A stretch of DNA of 50,683 nucleotides from an uncultured Ruminococcus sp. (GCA_905235295.1 CAJOLF010000008.1:1-50683), one strand, 5' to 3'; positions 27,795 through 37,029 are shown, counted from the stretch's first letter. The notes: generated by a model from the letters alone, not told the origin. Translations and numbers: made by a program.

Positions 27795-28427
27795 TCAGAA
27801 ATCGCTTTTATCCTCGTCAATTTCATCAAGCATTTTGTCGATGTCAGACATATATTTATCGTAATCAAAATCATCGTCGTCGTAGCTTTTTGCCGGAGCC
27901 GGTTTTACCCTCTCGGAATTGTTCGCGGCGCGGCGCGCTCCTCTGCTGCCCGCTTCGGCTGCTCTGACGCGATTTCCGCGGCTTTCGCTTTCCATTTTCT
28001 GCTTTTCGCGTTCGTCGCGGCGCTTTGCCTGCAGCAGCAGCTCCTCAGCCGCCTGCTTTTCCTTTTTCTCCTGTTTCCGTCTTGCGTCGCCGAAAGCGAG
28101 ATCGCCCAAAAACATACCGAAAATTCCCGAAATCAGATAAACAAACAGCAAAATGATGTTTGTGGGGTTGGAAAATCCGCCGGCGTAAATCATCATTGTA
28201 AATAGGAACGCAATCGGCGCGATAAGCGTAAACAAAAAGTCGAGACCGTGCTTCGCGCAGTAAACCGCGGAGCAGACAACCTGAGTCAAAAGTAAAATAA
28301 AGTAATAGGCAATCGCGGAATACTTCTGCATTGAATCACTTATAAAAATCAGCGGAACAAAAAGAAAAACCGCGAAAATAACTATTGCGTAGGGCAGATA
28401 TTTTTTTATCATACCGGTCATAAGCAT
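27795..28427 (-). CDS. Hypothetical membrane protein (4 TM plus charged cytoplasmic tail)
   Basis: AAGGAG RBS, hydrophobic N-terminal half and acidic C-terminus. Confidence 0.75.
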   Translation of the reverse strand: MLMTGMIKKYLPYAIVIFAVFLFVPLIFISDSMQKYSAIAYYFILLLTQVVCSAVYCAKHGLDFLFTLIAPIAFLFTMMIYAGGFSNPTNIILLFVYLISGIFGMFLGDLAFGDARRKQEKKEKQAAEELLLQAKRRDEREKQKMESESRGNRVRAAEAGSRGARRAANNSERVKPAPAKSYDDDDFDYDKYMSDIDKMLDEIDEDKSDF

Positions 28428-28488
28428 ACTCCTTAAATAGATAGTTTATTTGTATTATACTCTATGTTTTAAAAAAAATCAAGATTAT

Positions 28489-28577
28489 AAACTCCGGAGA
28501 GCGAAAGCTCCCGCAATGAAGTTGCCTCGTCGCGGCAGGTGTCAGGCGGGCTTGCACCGGGCTTTGCTCCGAGTTAA
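28489..28577 (+). repeat. Most complete family B copy (about 90 bp, imperfect terminal inverted repeats; MITE/REP-like)
   Basis: Left end AACTCCGGAGAGCGAAAGC (28490-508) is imperfectly complementary to right end GCTTTGCTCCGAGTT (28561-75). Confidence 0.7.
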
Positions 28578-28587
28578 AAAAATAACG

Positions 28588-28794
28588 TTGACAATAAACC
28601 GCAAAAAGGCTAAAATATTAAGTAGTTTATTTTATATTATCGAGAGGGGAAATACTTGATGGATGCAGACGGAAATTCAGGCGTTGTTCCCGGGCGGCGC
28701 TGTACCGGACGGATGTTTTGCGTCCGTTTGCGCTGACTTTCCCTTTTGAACAAGTCTCTTTCCGCAACGCAAAACGCAAAAGGAGGAGAGTTGA
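28588..28794 (+). promoter_or_regulatory. mgtE promoter and about 170-nt structured leader with a possible uORF
   Basis: TTGACA (28588-93), 17 bp, TAAAAT (28611-16). uORF at 28659-28736. Alternative pairings around 28716-28731. Confidence 0.5.
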
Positions 28795-30162
28795 ATGAAT
28801 GAGGTTAACGTAACGATTACGGAAACCATAAAGGTATTGCTCGAAGAAAAAAAGTTCAGCACTCTTCGGGATATTCTTTTAACAATGAAGCCGTACGACA
28901 TCGCGGTTGTTTTTGAAGAGCTGCAAAATGAAAAAACACCAATCCTGTTCCGAATCCTGCCCAAGGAGCTTGCGGCGGAGACCTTTGTGGAAATGGACGA
29001 GAAAACCCAGGAGTTTTTGATTCACGGGTTCAGCGACAGCGAGCTCAAGGAGGTTGTCGACGAGCTGTTTATAGATGACGCCGTCGATATTATTGAGGAG
29101 ATGCCCGCTAATGTTGTAAAGCGGATTTTGCGCCAGGCAGACAAGGATATGAGGCGCGAAATAAACGAGCTTCTGAAATATCCCGAGGACAGCGCGGGCT
29201 CGATTATGACAACCGAGTTCATTGTGCTGCGTCCCGAAATGACCGCTGAAATGGCGATTAAGCGAATCAGAAGAACCGGTGTTGACAAAGAGACAATCTA
29301 TACCTGCTATGTAAAGGATGAAAATAACAAGCTTATAGGAATAACAACCGTCAAGGATTTGCTGCTTGCCGACGACGACGATACGGTACGGGATATGATG
29401 GAGGAAAACGTAATTTCCGTTCATACCCTCGACGACCAGGAAAAGGTCGCCCAGATGTTTTCAAACTACGATTTTCTCGCTTTGCCGGTCGTAGACAACG
29501 AGCAAAGGCTTGTCGGAATTGTAACAATCGACGATGCTATCGACGTAATCCGCGAGGAAGCCACCGAGGATATCGAGAAGATGGCGGCGGTACTGCCCTC
29601 GGATAAGCCGTATATGAAAACGAGCGTTTGGGGAATTTACAAAAAGCGCGTGCCGTGGCTGCTTGTGCTCATGCTCTCGGCAACCTTTACCAGCACGATT
29701 ATATCAAGCTTTGACGGAATGCTCGCGAGCGTCATCATACTCTCGAGCTTTATCCCGATGATTACTGGCTCGGGAGGTAACGCGGGCTCTCAGGCTTCGG
29801 TTTCCGTTATCCGCGCGCTCTCGCTCGGAGAAGTTGAGTTCAAAAGTATGTTCAAGGTGCTTTGGAAGGAACTTAGGGTAGCGTTTTTATGCGGAGTTAC
29901 GCTTGCAGCGGCAAATTTTGTTAAGCTTCTGCTTTTTGATTTGCGCGGGCACGAAAACGCCTTTTTAATCGCGCTTGTGGTGTCGCTTACCCTTGTCGGC
30001 ACAATTATTATGGCAAAAATCGTCGGCGCAAGCCTTCCGCTGCTGTCAAGCAAAATCGGTCTTGACCCCGCGGTAATGGCAAACCCGCTGATTTCAACGG
30101 TCTGCGACTCGCTTTCGCTTTTAATCTACTTCGGAGTCGCAAGCGCTATTCTTCAATTATAA
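28795..30162 (+). CDS. mgtE: Magnesium transporter MgtE
   Basis: MgtE N-domain, YPEDSAGSIMT, two CBS domains, RVPWL, GSGGNAGSQ and DPAVMANPLISTVCD. Confidence 0.97.
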   Translation: MNEVNVTITETIKVLLEEKKFSTLRDILLTMKPYDIAVVFEELQNEKTPILFRILPKELAAETFVEMDEKTQEFLIHGFSDSELKEVVDELFIDDAVDIIEEMPANVVKRILRQADKDMRREINELLKYPEDSAGSIMTTEFIVLRPEMTAEMAIKRIRRTGVDKETIYTCYVKDENNKLIGITTVKDLLLADDDDTVRDMMEENVISVHTLDDQEKVAQMFSNYDFLALPVVDNEQRLVGIVTIDDAIDVIREEATEDIEKMAAVLPSDKPYMKTSVWGIYKKRVPWLLVLMLSATFTSTIISSFDGMLASVIILSSFIPMITGSGGNAGSQASVSVIRALSLGEVEFKSMFKVLWKELRVAFLCGVTLAAANFVKLLLFDLRGHENAFLIALVVSLTLVGTIIMAKIVGASLPLLSSKIGLDPAVMANPLISTVCDSLSLLIYFGVASAILQL

Positions 30163-30214
30163 CCAATCGCCGGTGTAAGGCAAGCTTGCGCAGGGCTTTG
30201 GTCAGAGTAAAAAA
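30161..30214 (+). repeat. Repeat family B copy at the mgtE stop codon
   Basis: AACCAATCGCCGGTGTAAGGCAAGCTTGCGCAGGGCTTTGGTCAGAGTAAAAAA. Confidence 0.8.
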
Positions 30215-30216
30215 TA

Positions 30217-30465
30217 TTACGCGCATAAAGCGGCCGCGGAGGATTTTTTCCTCCGCGGCTGTTTTGCTGTTCCTGCGTTCAGCTTAATTATTTTGGCTTT
30301 TCTTCTCTTCGCGCTGTTTGTGTGAGCTGCTTTAGCCCGGGCGGCGCCGTTCGCGCAGGCGCGTTTCCTTTTGCGCCCCGAATCAAGCAAAATAGCCTTT
30401 GCCGAACCCGCCACCGCGTAAATGATAAATACAAACAGACAAAAATTGATTAGTAAATTTAACAT
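30217..30465 (-). CDS. Small basic protein with N-terminal TM helix
   Basis: 82-aa ORF with strong GGAGGAAGG RBS, a hydrophobic N-terminus and a Lys/Arg/Ala-rich tail. Confidence 0.65.
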   Translation of the reverse strand: MLNLLINFCLFVFIIYAVAGSAKAILLDSGRKRKRACANGAARAKAAHTNSAKRRKAKIIKLNAGTAKQPRRKKSSAAALCA

Positions 30466-30488
30466 AATACCTTCCTCCCTTATACTTT

Positions 30489-32339
30489 GCTTGAATGAAA
30501 AATTGAAGTTAGGGTAAATATATGACCTAACGTCAAATCATTCAAACAAGACTATTTAAACGACGTTTTGGAGACGAGAACACCCCAGTATAAAAACATA
30601 ATTTTCTGTATTTTAAACATAGCAAAGCAGACAGATTGAGTTGTCGTTTTGTCAAAGTGAACGCAACCTGCCTTTTTTAAAACATATTGCGGTCACCGTC
30701 TGCTTTTCAATTTGATTTCTTTTACTTTCTCAACAAATTTCGGCTTAGATTCACCTCATCTGCCGGTATGGGATGCAATCCCATCAGATACATCAACCGA
30801 AGCACAGCCTCATCATTAGTAGCTTCATAAGGAGAACGGCAGCCGAGTGATTCGCGGCGCGTACTGTTGATGTGATTTGCGAGAAGAATCATATCTTCTT
30901 GAGTATATGGATTAAAAGACTTTCCTTTCGGAAGCACGTAACGGATATACTCATGGTTTTTCTCAATCTTCGGTTTCTGCCACGACGCTTGTGGATCACA
31001 GTAAAAAACCTTCGTTCTTCTTTTACCGTTTTCTGTGGTTTCCATTTCTCTGGTATGCTTAAACTCACTCCCATTGTCGGTAAGGATTACCGGAAACACG
31101 TGTCGGAAATCTTCCAAGCCTAACAGACCCGTCAGCATATCGAACTGCTCTACCACCGTATCTGCTTTGCCGTCTCGCATCAGCAGTATAAGCATCATAT
31201 TGGTGTCACAAAAATGGAGTGTTAAAAGGCGTTTTCCCTGCTCCCGGCAACCTTTTACCGTATCCATTTGAACAACAGGCGTACCGGGATGCTTTTCCAT
31301 ATATTTCAAATAATCAATGTATGTTCTTTTCTTTCGAAATTCCAGATTTAAGAAGCCCTCGGATACTTCCTTTTTTTTCTTGCGGGGCTTGTAGCCTAAC
31401 TTCCTTCTTAAATCAATATTACGTATACTGAGAACGCCCTTGTCAATGTAACGGTACAGCGTCCTCTGTGAAACCCCTATCTCTTCGCCGTGTTCTGACC
31501 ATATATGCGTCAGCGGTTGTCCTTTCAAGATTAGAGGGGTAACCAGCTTATCCAAGCTAATCAGATCATCACCATACGTATGTATCTTCTTTCTGGAATC
31601 GGAATAACGTCTTTTCGCTGCGGCGTCGGCTTGCTGGGCGATATAATATGCCCGGTCGCCTTTGCACTTTCTTCGCTGTGAACACGTATTGCAAACATAA
31701 GGCGGTCTTGAAAGTATTGCACACGGTTTATTGTTGTATCGGGAACAAATCTCACGACAATCAAATTCCCGGCAAACAACACAATGCTTGTAACATTTCT
31801 CTTTGCCGCACAGACTCTTTGTTTTGCACGATGAAGCAAACCGGCAGTCTTTTCCGCAATAGTGTTCACCGGAAACCGGTGTTCTGTTGGTTCGTATTTC
31901 TCTCGAAACAGTGCCGGGAGATTTATCTATCCTTTTTGCAATCTCGTTGAGCGGCAGTCTTTCGTATATACCGCACTCAATCACAACTCTTTCAGATAAT
32001 GTCAAACGACTCATACCTACCTGCTTTCCGCAGACAGTAACCATAACCATTCTACCATGCCGACCGTCAACCTTGACTGAACGCTGAGAAAAATGCTGAA
32101 AAGTTTTTGAAGGCGACGGAAACTCGGAAATATCCAAACGTTTTCGCCTTCAAAAAGCCGAGTGTAGCATTTTTCTCACCAACCCGTCAAGGTCAAGCCG
32201 CCTATGGGCGGTGACTGCCTTGAAAGGCTCCGAAAATCTGGAAATATCCAAATATATACCTACCATTTTTGTCAAGGTGAGCTTCTGCTAACTATGCCAA
32301 TTTTTCGAAAAAATCGTAACTTCACTTTGTCAATTTAGG
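30489..32339 (-). mobile_element. IS30-family insertion sequence, 1851 bp, with 13-bp flanking direct repeats
   Basis: TCCCTTATACTTT at 30476-88 and 32340-52. Imperfect terminal IRs GCTTGAATGAAAAATTGAAGTTA / CCTAAATTGACAAAGTGAAGTTA (17 of 23 match). Confidence 0.88.
30722..32014 (-). CDS. IS30-family DDE transposase with Cys-rich insertion
   Basis: LTLSER...EIAKRIDKSPGTVSREI HTH, QMDTV, LTDNGSEF and CDPQASWQKPKIEKNH. Likely start is ATG at 32014 (MSRLTL), not 32137. Confidence 0.93.
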   Translation of the reverse strand: MSRLTLSERVVIECGIYERLPLNEIAKRIDKSPGTVSREIRTNRTPVSGEHYCGKDCRFASSCKTKSLCGKEKCYKHCVVCREFDCREICSRYNNKPCAILSRPPYVCNTCSQRRKCKGDRAYYIAQQADAAAKRRYSDSRKKIHTYGDDLISLDKLVTPLILKGQPLTHIWSEHGEEIGVSQRTLYRYIDKGVLSIRNIDLRRKLGYKPRKKKKEVSEGFLNLEFRKKRTYIDYLKYMEKHPGTPVVQMDTVKGCREQGKRLLTLHFCDTNMMLILLMRDGKADTVVEQFDMLTGLLGLEDFRHVFPVILTDNGSEFKHTREMETTENGKRRTKVFYCDPQASWQKPKIEKNHEYIRYVLPKGKSFNPYTQEDMILLANHINSTRRESLGCRSPYEATNDEAVLRLMYLMGLHPIPADEVNLSRNLLRK

Positions 32340-32488
32340 TCCCTTATACTTTAAGTATAAAGGATTCAGTGTCCAATAAACCGCCCAATGCTTTTATTAA
32401 CGGCTATTTGTAAAACGTAAATTGAAAAAGTAAACGCCGGTTCAAGCGGCGGCAAATCCTTGCGGACTGCGCGGTTTTGCCGCGGAGC

Positions 32489-32767
32489 TCATTCGTTTTC
32501 GGCAGTGATTTTCCCTTTTTTGATCGCTTTGTATTTGTACTTCGTGGCAAGCCCTCCGCGAATATGCCGCTCGCTTTTGTTCTGATCCAAAATCTGCCTT
32601 ACCCTGTGGTACATCGGCGGATTGCTCAGCCTCAGCCTGCTTGTGACGTCCTTGTGCACAGTGCTCTTGCTGATGCCGAATTTTTTTGCCGCGCCGCGCA
32701 CGGTAGAGCCGTTTTCTATTATGTATTCGCCGAGCATTAAAGCGCGGTCGTCAAGTGAACCGTTCAC
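32489..32767 (-). CDS. spoIIID: Sporulation transcriptional regulator SpoIIID
   Basis: TVRGAAKKFGISKSTVHKDV and NKSERHIRGGLATKYKY. Confidence 0.96.
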   Translation of the reverse strand: MNGSLDDRALMLGEYIIENGSTVRGAAKKFGISKSTVHKDVTSRLRLSNPPMYHRVRQILDQNKSERHIRGGLATKYKYKAIKKGKITAENE

Positions 32768-32795
32768 ATAACTCCTCCAAAATTTCAGTTACCAA

Positions 32796-32824
32796 AATAT
32801 ATGTAAGTTTCTCTTCGGTTATGC
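32796..32824 (-). promoter_or_regulatory. Sigma-E-type promoter of spoIIID
   Basis: Minus strand GCATAAC, 14 bp, CATATATT matches the SigE consensus. spoIIID is a known SigE target. Confidence 0.75.
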
Positions 32825-32964
32825 CGTTTTGATTTTGTCGGCAAAAACAAAATTCTTATTGTTGAAACTTCACCCTGTCTGTGGTATAATACATAATAAG
32901 CAAGTATGCGTTGCGAAAAATATTCGCGTTAAGCGCGTTTGGCGCGTCGGAAAGAAGGAATAGT

Positions 32965-33828
32965 ATGAAAATCAGAAAGCTATTTGATAATAAGGAAAAA
33001 ACAGTTTTTTCGTTCGAGGTTTTTCCGCCGAAAAAGACCTCGCCGATTGAGTCGGTTTACGGCAAGCTTGAGGAAATCTGCGCGCTGAAGCCCGACTTTA
33101 TCAGCGTAACCTACGGCGCGGGAGGAACAGGCGGACACAGCCGAACCTGCGAGATTGCCTCAAAAATCAAAAACGATTTCGGCGTGGAATCAATGGCGCA
33201 TCTCACCTGCGTAAACAGCACAAGGGCTATGATTGACGCCACTCTTGAGGATTTAAAAAGCCATAACATAGAAAATATCCTGGCTCTGCGCGGAGATTAC
33301 GTTGAAGGGGTAGAGCCCAAAAAGGACTTTGTGTACGCGAGCGAGCTTTGCGCCTATATAAAATCCTCGGGGGATTTTGACATCGCGGGCGCGTGCTACC
33401 CTGAGGTTCACTATGAATCAAAGGACGAGGTGGAGGACGTTCTCAACCTGAAAAAGAAGGTTGACGCGGGAGCCGACCACCTGATAAGCCAGCTCTTTTT
33501 TGACAACGGAGCTTTCTACAGATTTTTGGAGAGGACAAGGATTGCCGGAATAGACGTTCCCGTAGAAGCCGGAATTATGCCCGTTACCAACAAAAGCCAG
33601 ATTGAGCGTATGGTTTCGATGTGCGGCGCGAGCCTGCCTCCGAAATTTGTAAAAATAATGCAGAAGTATGACAGCAAGCCCGAGGCTCTCCGCGACGCGG
33701 GAATCGCCTACGCGGTAGAGCAGATTGTAGACCTGATTGCGAACGGCGTAGACGGAATCCACCTCTACACAATGAATAACCCATACATCGCCCGCAAAAT
33801 CAGCGAAGCGGTGTCAAGTCTGCTATGA
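32965..33828 (+). CDS. metF: 5,10-methylenetetrahydrofolate reductase
   Basis: SFEVFPPK, SVTYGAGG, AHLTCV, LALRGD, YPEVH, SQLFFD and HLYTMN. ATG at 32965. Confidence 0.96.
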   Translation: MKIRKLFDNKEKTVFSFEVFPPKKTSPIESVYGKLEEICALKPDFISVTYGAGGTGGHSRTCEIASKIKNDFGVESMAHLTCVNSTRAMIDATLEDLKSHNIENILALRGDYVEGVEPKKDFVYASELCAYIKSSGDFDIAGACYPEVHYESKDEVEDVLNLKKKVDAGADHLISQLFFDNGAFYRFLERTRIAGIDVPVEAGIMPVTNKSQIERMVSMCGASLPPKFVKIMQKYDSKPEALRDAGIAYAVEQIVDLIANGVDGIHLYTMNNPYIARKISEAVSSLL

Positions 33829-34469
33829 TAACGCTGGAGCGCCTAAGCCAAAGCGAAGCGAAAAGGTACCTCGGCGGAGATAAAATCGAGCTTGACGAGA
33901 AGATGCTCCGGCTTTTTGAAAGCTGCGAAAAAGAGGTAATCGCGCACGCCCGGCCAAAGTATCTCTACAAAATAATCGACCTGCCATACCCGGGGATTTT
34001 CGCGGGAGAGGACATAAAAAATCACCTTTCCGGCTGCGCCAAGGCGGCGCTGATTTGCGCAACGCTCGGCTCGGATATCGACAGGCTGATAAGGGTGAGC
34101 CAGATTTCGGATATGTCGCGCGCCGTAGTGCTCGACAGCTTCGCGAGCGTGGCAATTGAGCAGGTCTGCCGTCAGCTTGACGACCTGCTCGCGGAAAATT
34201 ATCCCGAATACTTTTTTACCTTCCGGTTCAGCCCCGGCTACGGAGATTACCCCATAGAACTGCAAAAAACCTATTTGAGTATTCTTGACGCTCCGCGCAA
34301 AATCGGGCTGAGTACAAACGAAAACTACCTTTTGACTCCCTCAAAGTCCGTCACGGCGATAGCGGGAATGTCAAAAGAGCCAATCGAGCGCAAAAAGCGC
34401 GGCTGTGCCGTCTGCGATATGCGCGGCAGATGTCAATACAGAAGGAACGGCGAGCACTGTGGATTATAA
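33825..34469 (+). CDS. Stand-alone B12-dependent methionine synthase activation domain
   Basis: ATLG, RFSPGYGDYP and PSKSVTA motifs, with a C-terminal Cys cluster. Confidence 0.9.
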   Translation: MITLERLSQSEAKRYLGGDKIELDEKMLRLFESCEKEVIAHARPKYLYKIIDLPYPGIFAGEDIKNHLSGCAKAALICATLGSDIDRLIRVSQISDMSRAVVLDSFASVAIEQVCRQLDDLLAENYPEYFFTFRFSPGYGDYPIELQKTYLSILDAPRKIGLSTNENYLLTPSKSVTAIAGMSKEPIERKKRGCAVCDMRGRCQYRRNGEHCGL

Positions 34470-36849
34470 AACACTTACAGAAACAAAAGAATTTATCATA
34501 CTCGACGGAGCAATGGGCACGCTTATCCAGAAAAGCGGAGTCAGTTACCGCCATTCTCCCGAAACCCTCAACATCACAAATCCCGAGCTGATAATCTCGT
34601 TTCACAGGGATTATATTCGCGCGGGCGCCGATATTGTCTATTCCAATACCTTCGGCGCGAACGCGTATAAGCTGAAGGACAGCGGATATTCGGTAGAGGA
34701 AATCGTCGGCGCGGGCGTTGCAAACGCCAAAGCCGCCGCGGAGGGAACCAACGCCCTTGTCGCTCTCGACATCGGACCGATAGGTATGCTGCTCGAGCCG
34801 TCGGGCTCGCTAAGCTTTGACGAGGCTTACGAATACTATAAAGAGCAGATTTTGGCGGGAAAGGACGCCGACCTCATCGTCTTTGAAACAATGACCGACC
34901 TTTATGAGCTGAAAGCGGCGGTGCTCGCGGCAAAGGAAAATTCAGACAAGCCGGTAATCGCCACAATGACCTTTGAGCGCAACGGAAGAACCTTTACGGG
35001 CGTGTCGCCCGCTTCGGCGGCGCTTACGCTGACAGGGCTCGGCGTTTCGGCTCTCGGAGTCAACTGCTCGCTCGGTCCGGACGAGCTTGAGCCCGTAGTT
35101 GCAGAGATGAGCGAGTACACAAGTCTGCCGCTGATTGTAAAGGCGAACGCGGGACTTCCCGACCCAAACAGCAACGAGTACGACATTTTGCCCGACAAAT
35201 TTGCCGCCTGCGTTGAAAAGCTTTTAAAGTACGGAGTTAAAATTACGGGCGGCTGCTGCGGCACTACGCCGGAATATATCACCGGGCTTAAAAATATGCT
35301 CTCGAACAAAAAATATATATTTTCTCCCGCGAGCCGCGATACCTGCGTATGCAGCGCGGGAACAGCGGTAGAAATCGACGGTCCAAGAATTATCGGCGAG
35401 CGAATCAACCCCACGGGCAAAAAGCTCTTTAAGCAGGCGCTGGTCGATAACAACATCGACTATATCTTAGGTCAGGCGCTGAGCCAGATAAGCGGCGGCG
35501 CTCAGATACTCGACGTCAATGTAGGTCACCCCGAAATAGACGAGAAAAAAATGATGACGCGCGTACTCAAGGCGATTCAGTCTGTGTGCGACGCGCCGCT
35601 CCAGATAGATTCCACAAAGCCCGAGGTGCTTGAAGCGGGCTTGCGCTGTTACAACGGCAAGCCGATAGTAAATTCGGTAAACGGCGAGGAAAAAAGCCTC
35701 AGCTCTGTGCTTCCGCTTGTAAAAAAATACGGCGCGTCGGTAATCGGACTCACGCTTGACGAGGGCGGAATCCCCAAAACCGCCGACGGTCGATTTGAGA
35801 TTGCGAAGCGGATTGTGCGGCGCGCCGAGGAAATCGGAATAGACAAAAAGGACGTGTATATCGACTGCCTTACGCTTACGGTTTCGGCAGAGCAGGACGC
35901 GTGCGCCGAAACGCTCAGGGCGCTGCGCAGGGTAAAAACCGAGCTGGGCTGCAAAACCTGTCTCGGCGTTTCAAATATCTCCTTCGGGTTGCCAAACCGC
36001 GAGCTTGTAAACAGCACATTTCTGACAATGGCGCTCGAGGAAGGGCTTGATTTGCCCATCATAAATCCCAACTCGGAAGCGATGACAGGCGCAGTGCGCG
36101 CCTACAGGGTGCTTGCCGGCATAGACAAAAATTCGGCTGAGTTTATCGGCGCGTACAACGACGCCGCGGCGGAAAAAAAGCCCGCGCAAACCGCGCGGAA
36201 ATCCGAACCCGATATTTTCTCGGCGGTGTATAACGGACTGAAAAACGAGGGCGCGGCGGCAACGGAACAGCTGCTTTTGACAAACGACCCGATGAAAATT
36301 GTCAACGAAATGCTGATTCCCGCGCTCGACAAGGTCGGCGAGGATTTTGAGAAAAACAAAATTTTCCTGCCGCAGCTTATCCAGAGCGCCAACACCGCGC
36401 AAAGCTGCTTTGACGTGATTAAATCTCATCTTAGCAAAACAGGCAGCGGCTCGGTCAGCAAGGGCAAAATAATCCTGGCGACTGTAAAGGGCGACATACA
36501 CGATATAGGCAAAAATATAGTAAAGGTGCTGCTCGACAACTACGGCTATACCGTTGTTGACCTCGGCAGGGACGTTGATCCTCAGCTGATTGTCGATACC
36601 GCCGTTGAGCAGAACATCACAATGGTAGGTCTTTCCGCGCTGATGACAACCACGCTCAAAAGTATGGAGGATACCATCGCGCTGATTCGAGGCACAAAGG
36701 AGCTCCAAAATCCCGACGGCACAAGCAAGGTAACTGTATTTGTCGGCGGAGCTGTGCTCACAAAGGACTACGCGCTCAAAATCGGCGCAGACTATTACTG
36801 CAAAGACGCAAAGGAAAGCGTAGATACCGCAAGGCTGGTTTTGGGTTAG
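34459..36849 (+). CDS. metH: B12-dependent methionine synthase (homocysteine-, pterin- and cobalamin-binding domains)
   Basis: LDGAMGT, GVNCSLGP, GGCCGTTP, IGERINPTG, GVSNISFG and GDIHDIGKNIV. Probable start is GTG at 34459. Confidence 0.95.
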   Translation: MDYKTLTETKEFIILDGAMGTLIQKSGVSYRHSPETLNITNPELIISFHRDYIRAGADIVYSNTFGANAYKLKDSGYSVEEIVGAGVANAKAAAEGTNALVALDIGPIGMLLEPSGSLSFDEAYEYYKEQILAGKDADLIVFETMTDLYELKAAVLAAKENSDKPVIATMTFERNGRTFTGVSPASAALTLTGLGVSALGVNCSLGPDELEPVVAEMSEYTSLPLIVKANAGLPDPNSNEYDILPDKFAACVEKLLKYGVKITGGCCGTTPEYITGLKNMLSNKKYIFSPASRDTCVCSAGTAVEIDGPRIIGERINPTGKKLFKQALVDNNIDYILGQALSQISGGAQILDVNVGHPEIDEKKMMTRVLKAIQSVCDAPLQIDSTKPEVLEAGLRCYNGKPIVNSVNGEEKSLSSVLPLVKKYGASVIGLTLDEGGIPKTADGRFEIAKRIVRRAEEIGIDKKDVYIDCLTLTVSAEQDACAETLRALRRVKTELGCKTCLGVSNISFGLPNRELVNSTFLTMALEEGLDLPIINPNSEAMTGAVRAYRVLAGIDKNSAEFIGAYNDAAAEKKPAQTARKSEPDIFSAVYNGLKNEGAAATEQLLLTNDPMKIVNEMLIPALDKVGEDFEKNKIFLPQLIQSANTAQSCFDVIKSHLSKTGSGSVSKGKIILATVKGDIHDIGKNIVKVLLDNYGYTVVDLGRDVDPQLIVDTAVEQNITMVGLSALMTTTLKSMEDTIALIRGTKELQNPDGTSKVTVFVGGAVLTKDYALKIGADYYCKDAKESVDTARLVLG

Positions 36850-37029
36850 GATAATATCCGCGGAAGCGGATTTTGTCATAAACCGGAGAAATTTCCTGAA
36901 TTTTTAAGGGAAAACAGCACAATTGGCGGCGCGCGTTTTAATTGACAATTATTTTTTAATGATATATAATAAAATCATATTTAAGTAGTATATTTTCTGT
37001 ATTTTCGTAAGGTTTAAGGGGTTACGCTG

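Noticed and set aside
28620-28794. Canonical M-box (ykoK) riboswitch
   Set aside because: I could not find the conserved M-box 5' motif or a terminator with U-tract; kept only as an unknown leader.
30580-30600. AGTATAA inside the IS end as a guide matching the target site (bridge-RNA-like targeting)
   Set aside because: Only 7 AT-rich nucleotides match, which is expected by chance.
32015-32137. N-terminal extension of the IS30 transposase given in the ORF track
   Set aside because: It overlaps the structured leader and lacks an RBS; family similarity begins at MSRLTLSER (32014).
32891-32964. SAM riboswitch or T-box upstream of metF
   Set aside because: The leader is only about 70 nt and lacks S-box or T-box consensus motifs.
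35971-36879. Long antisense ORFs (for example 35971-36879, 17737-18468, 22884-23567, 3719-4384)
   Set aside because: Shadow frames opposite well-supported genes, with no RBS or recognisable motifs.
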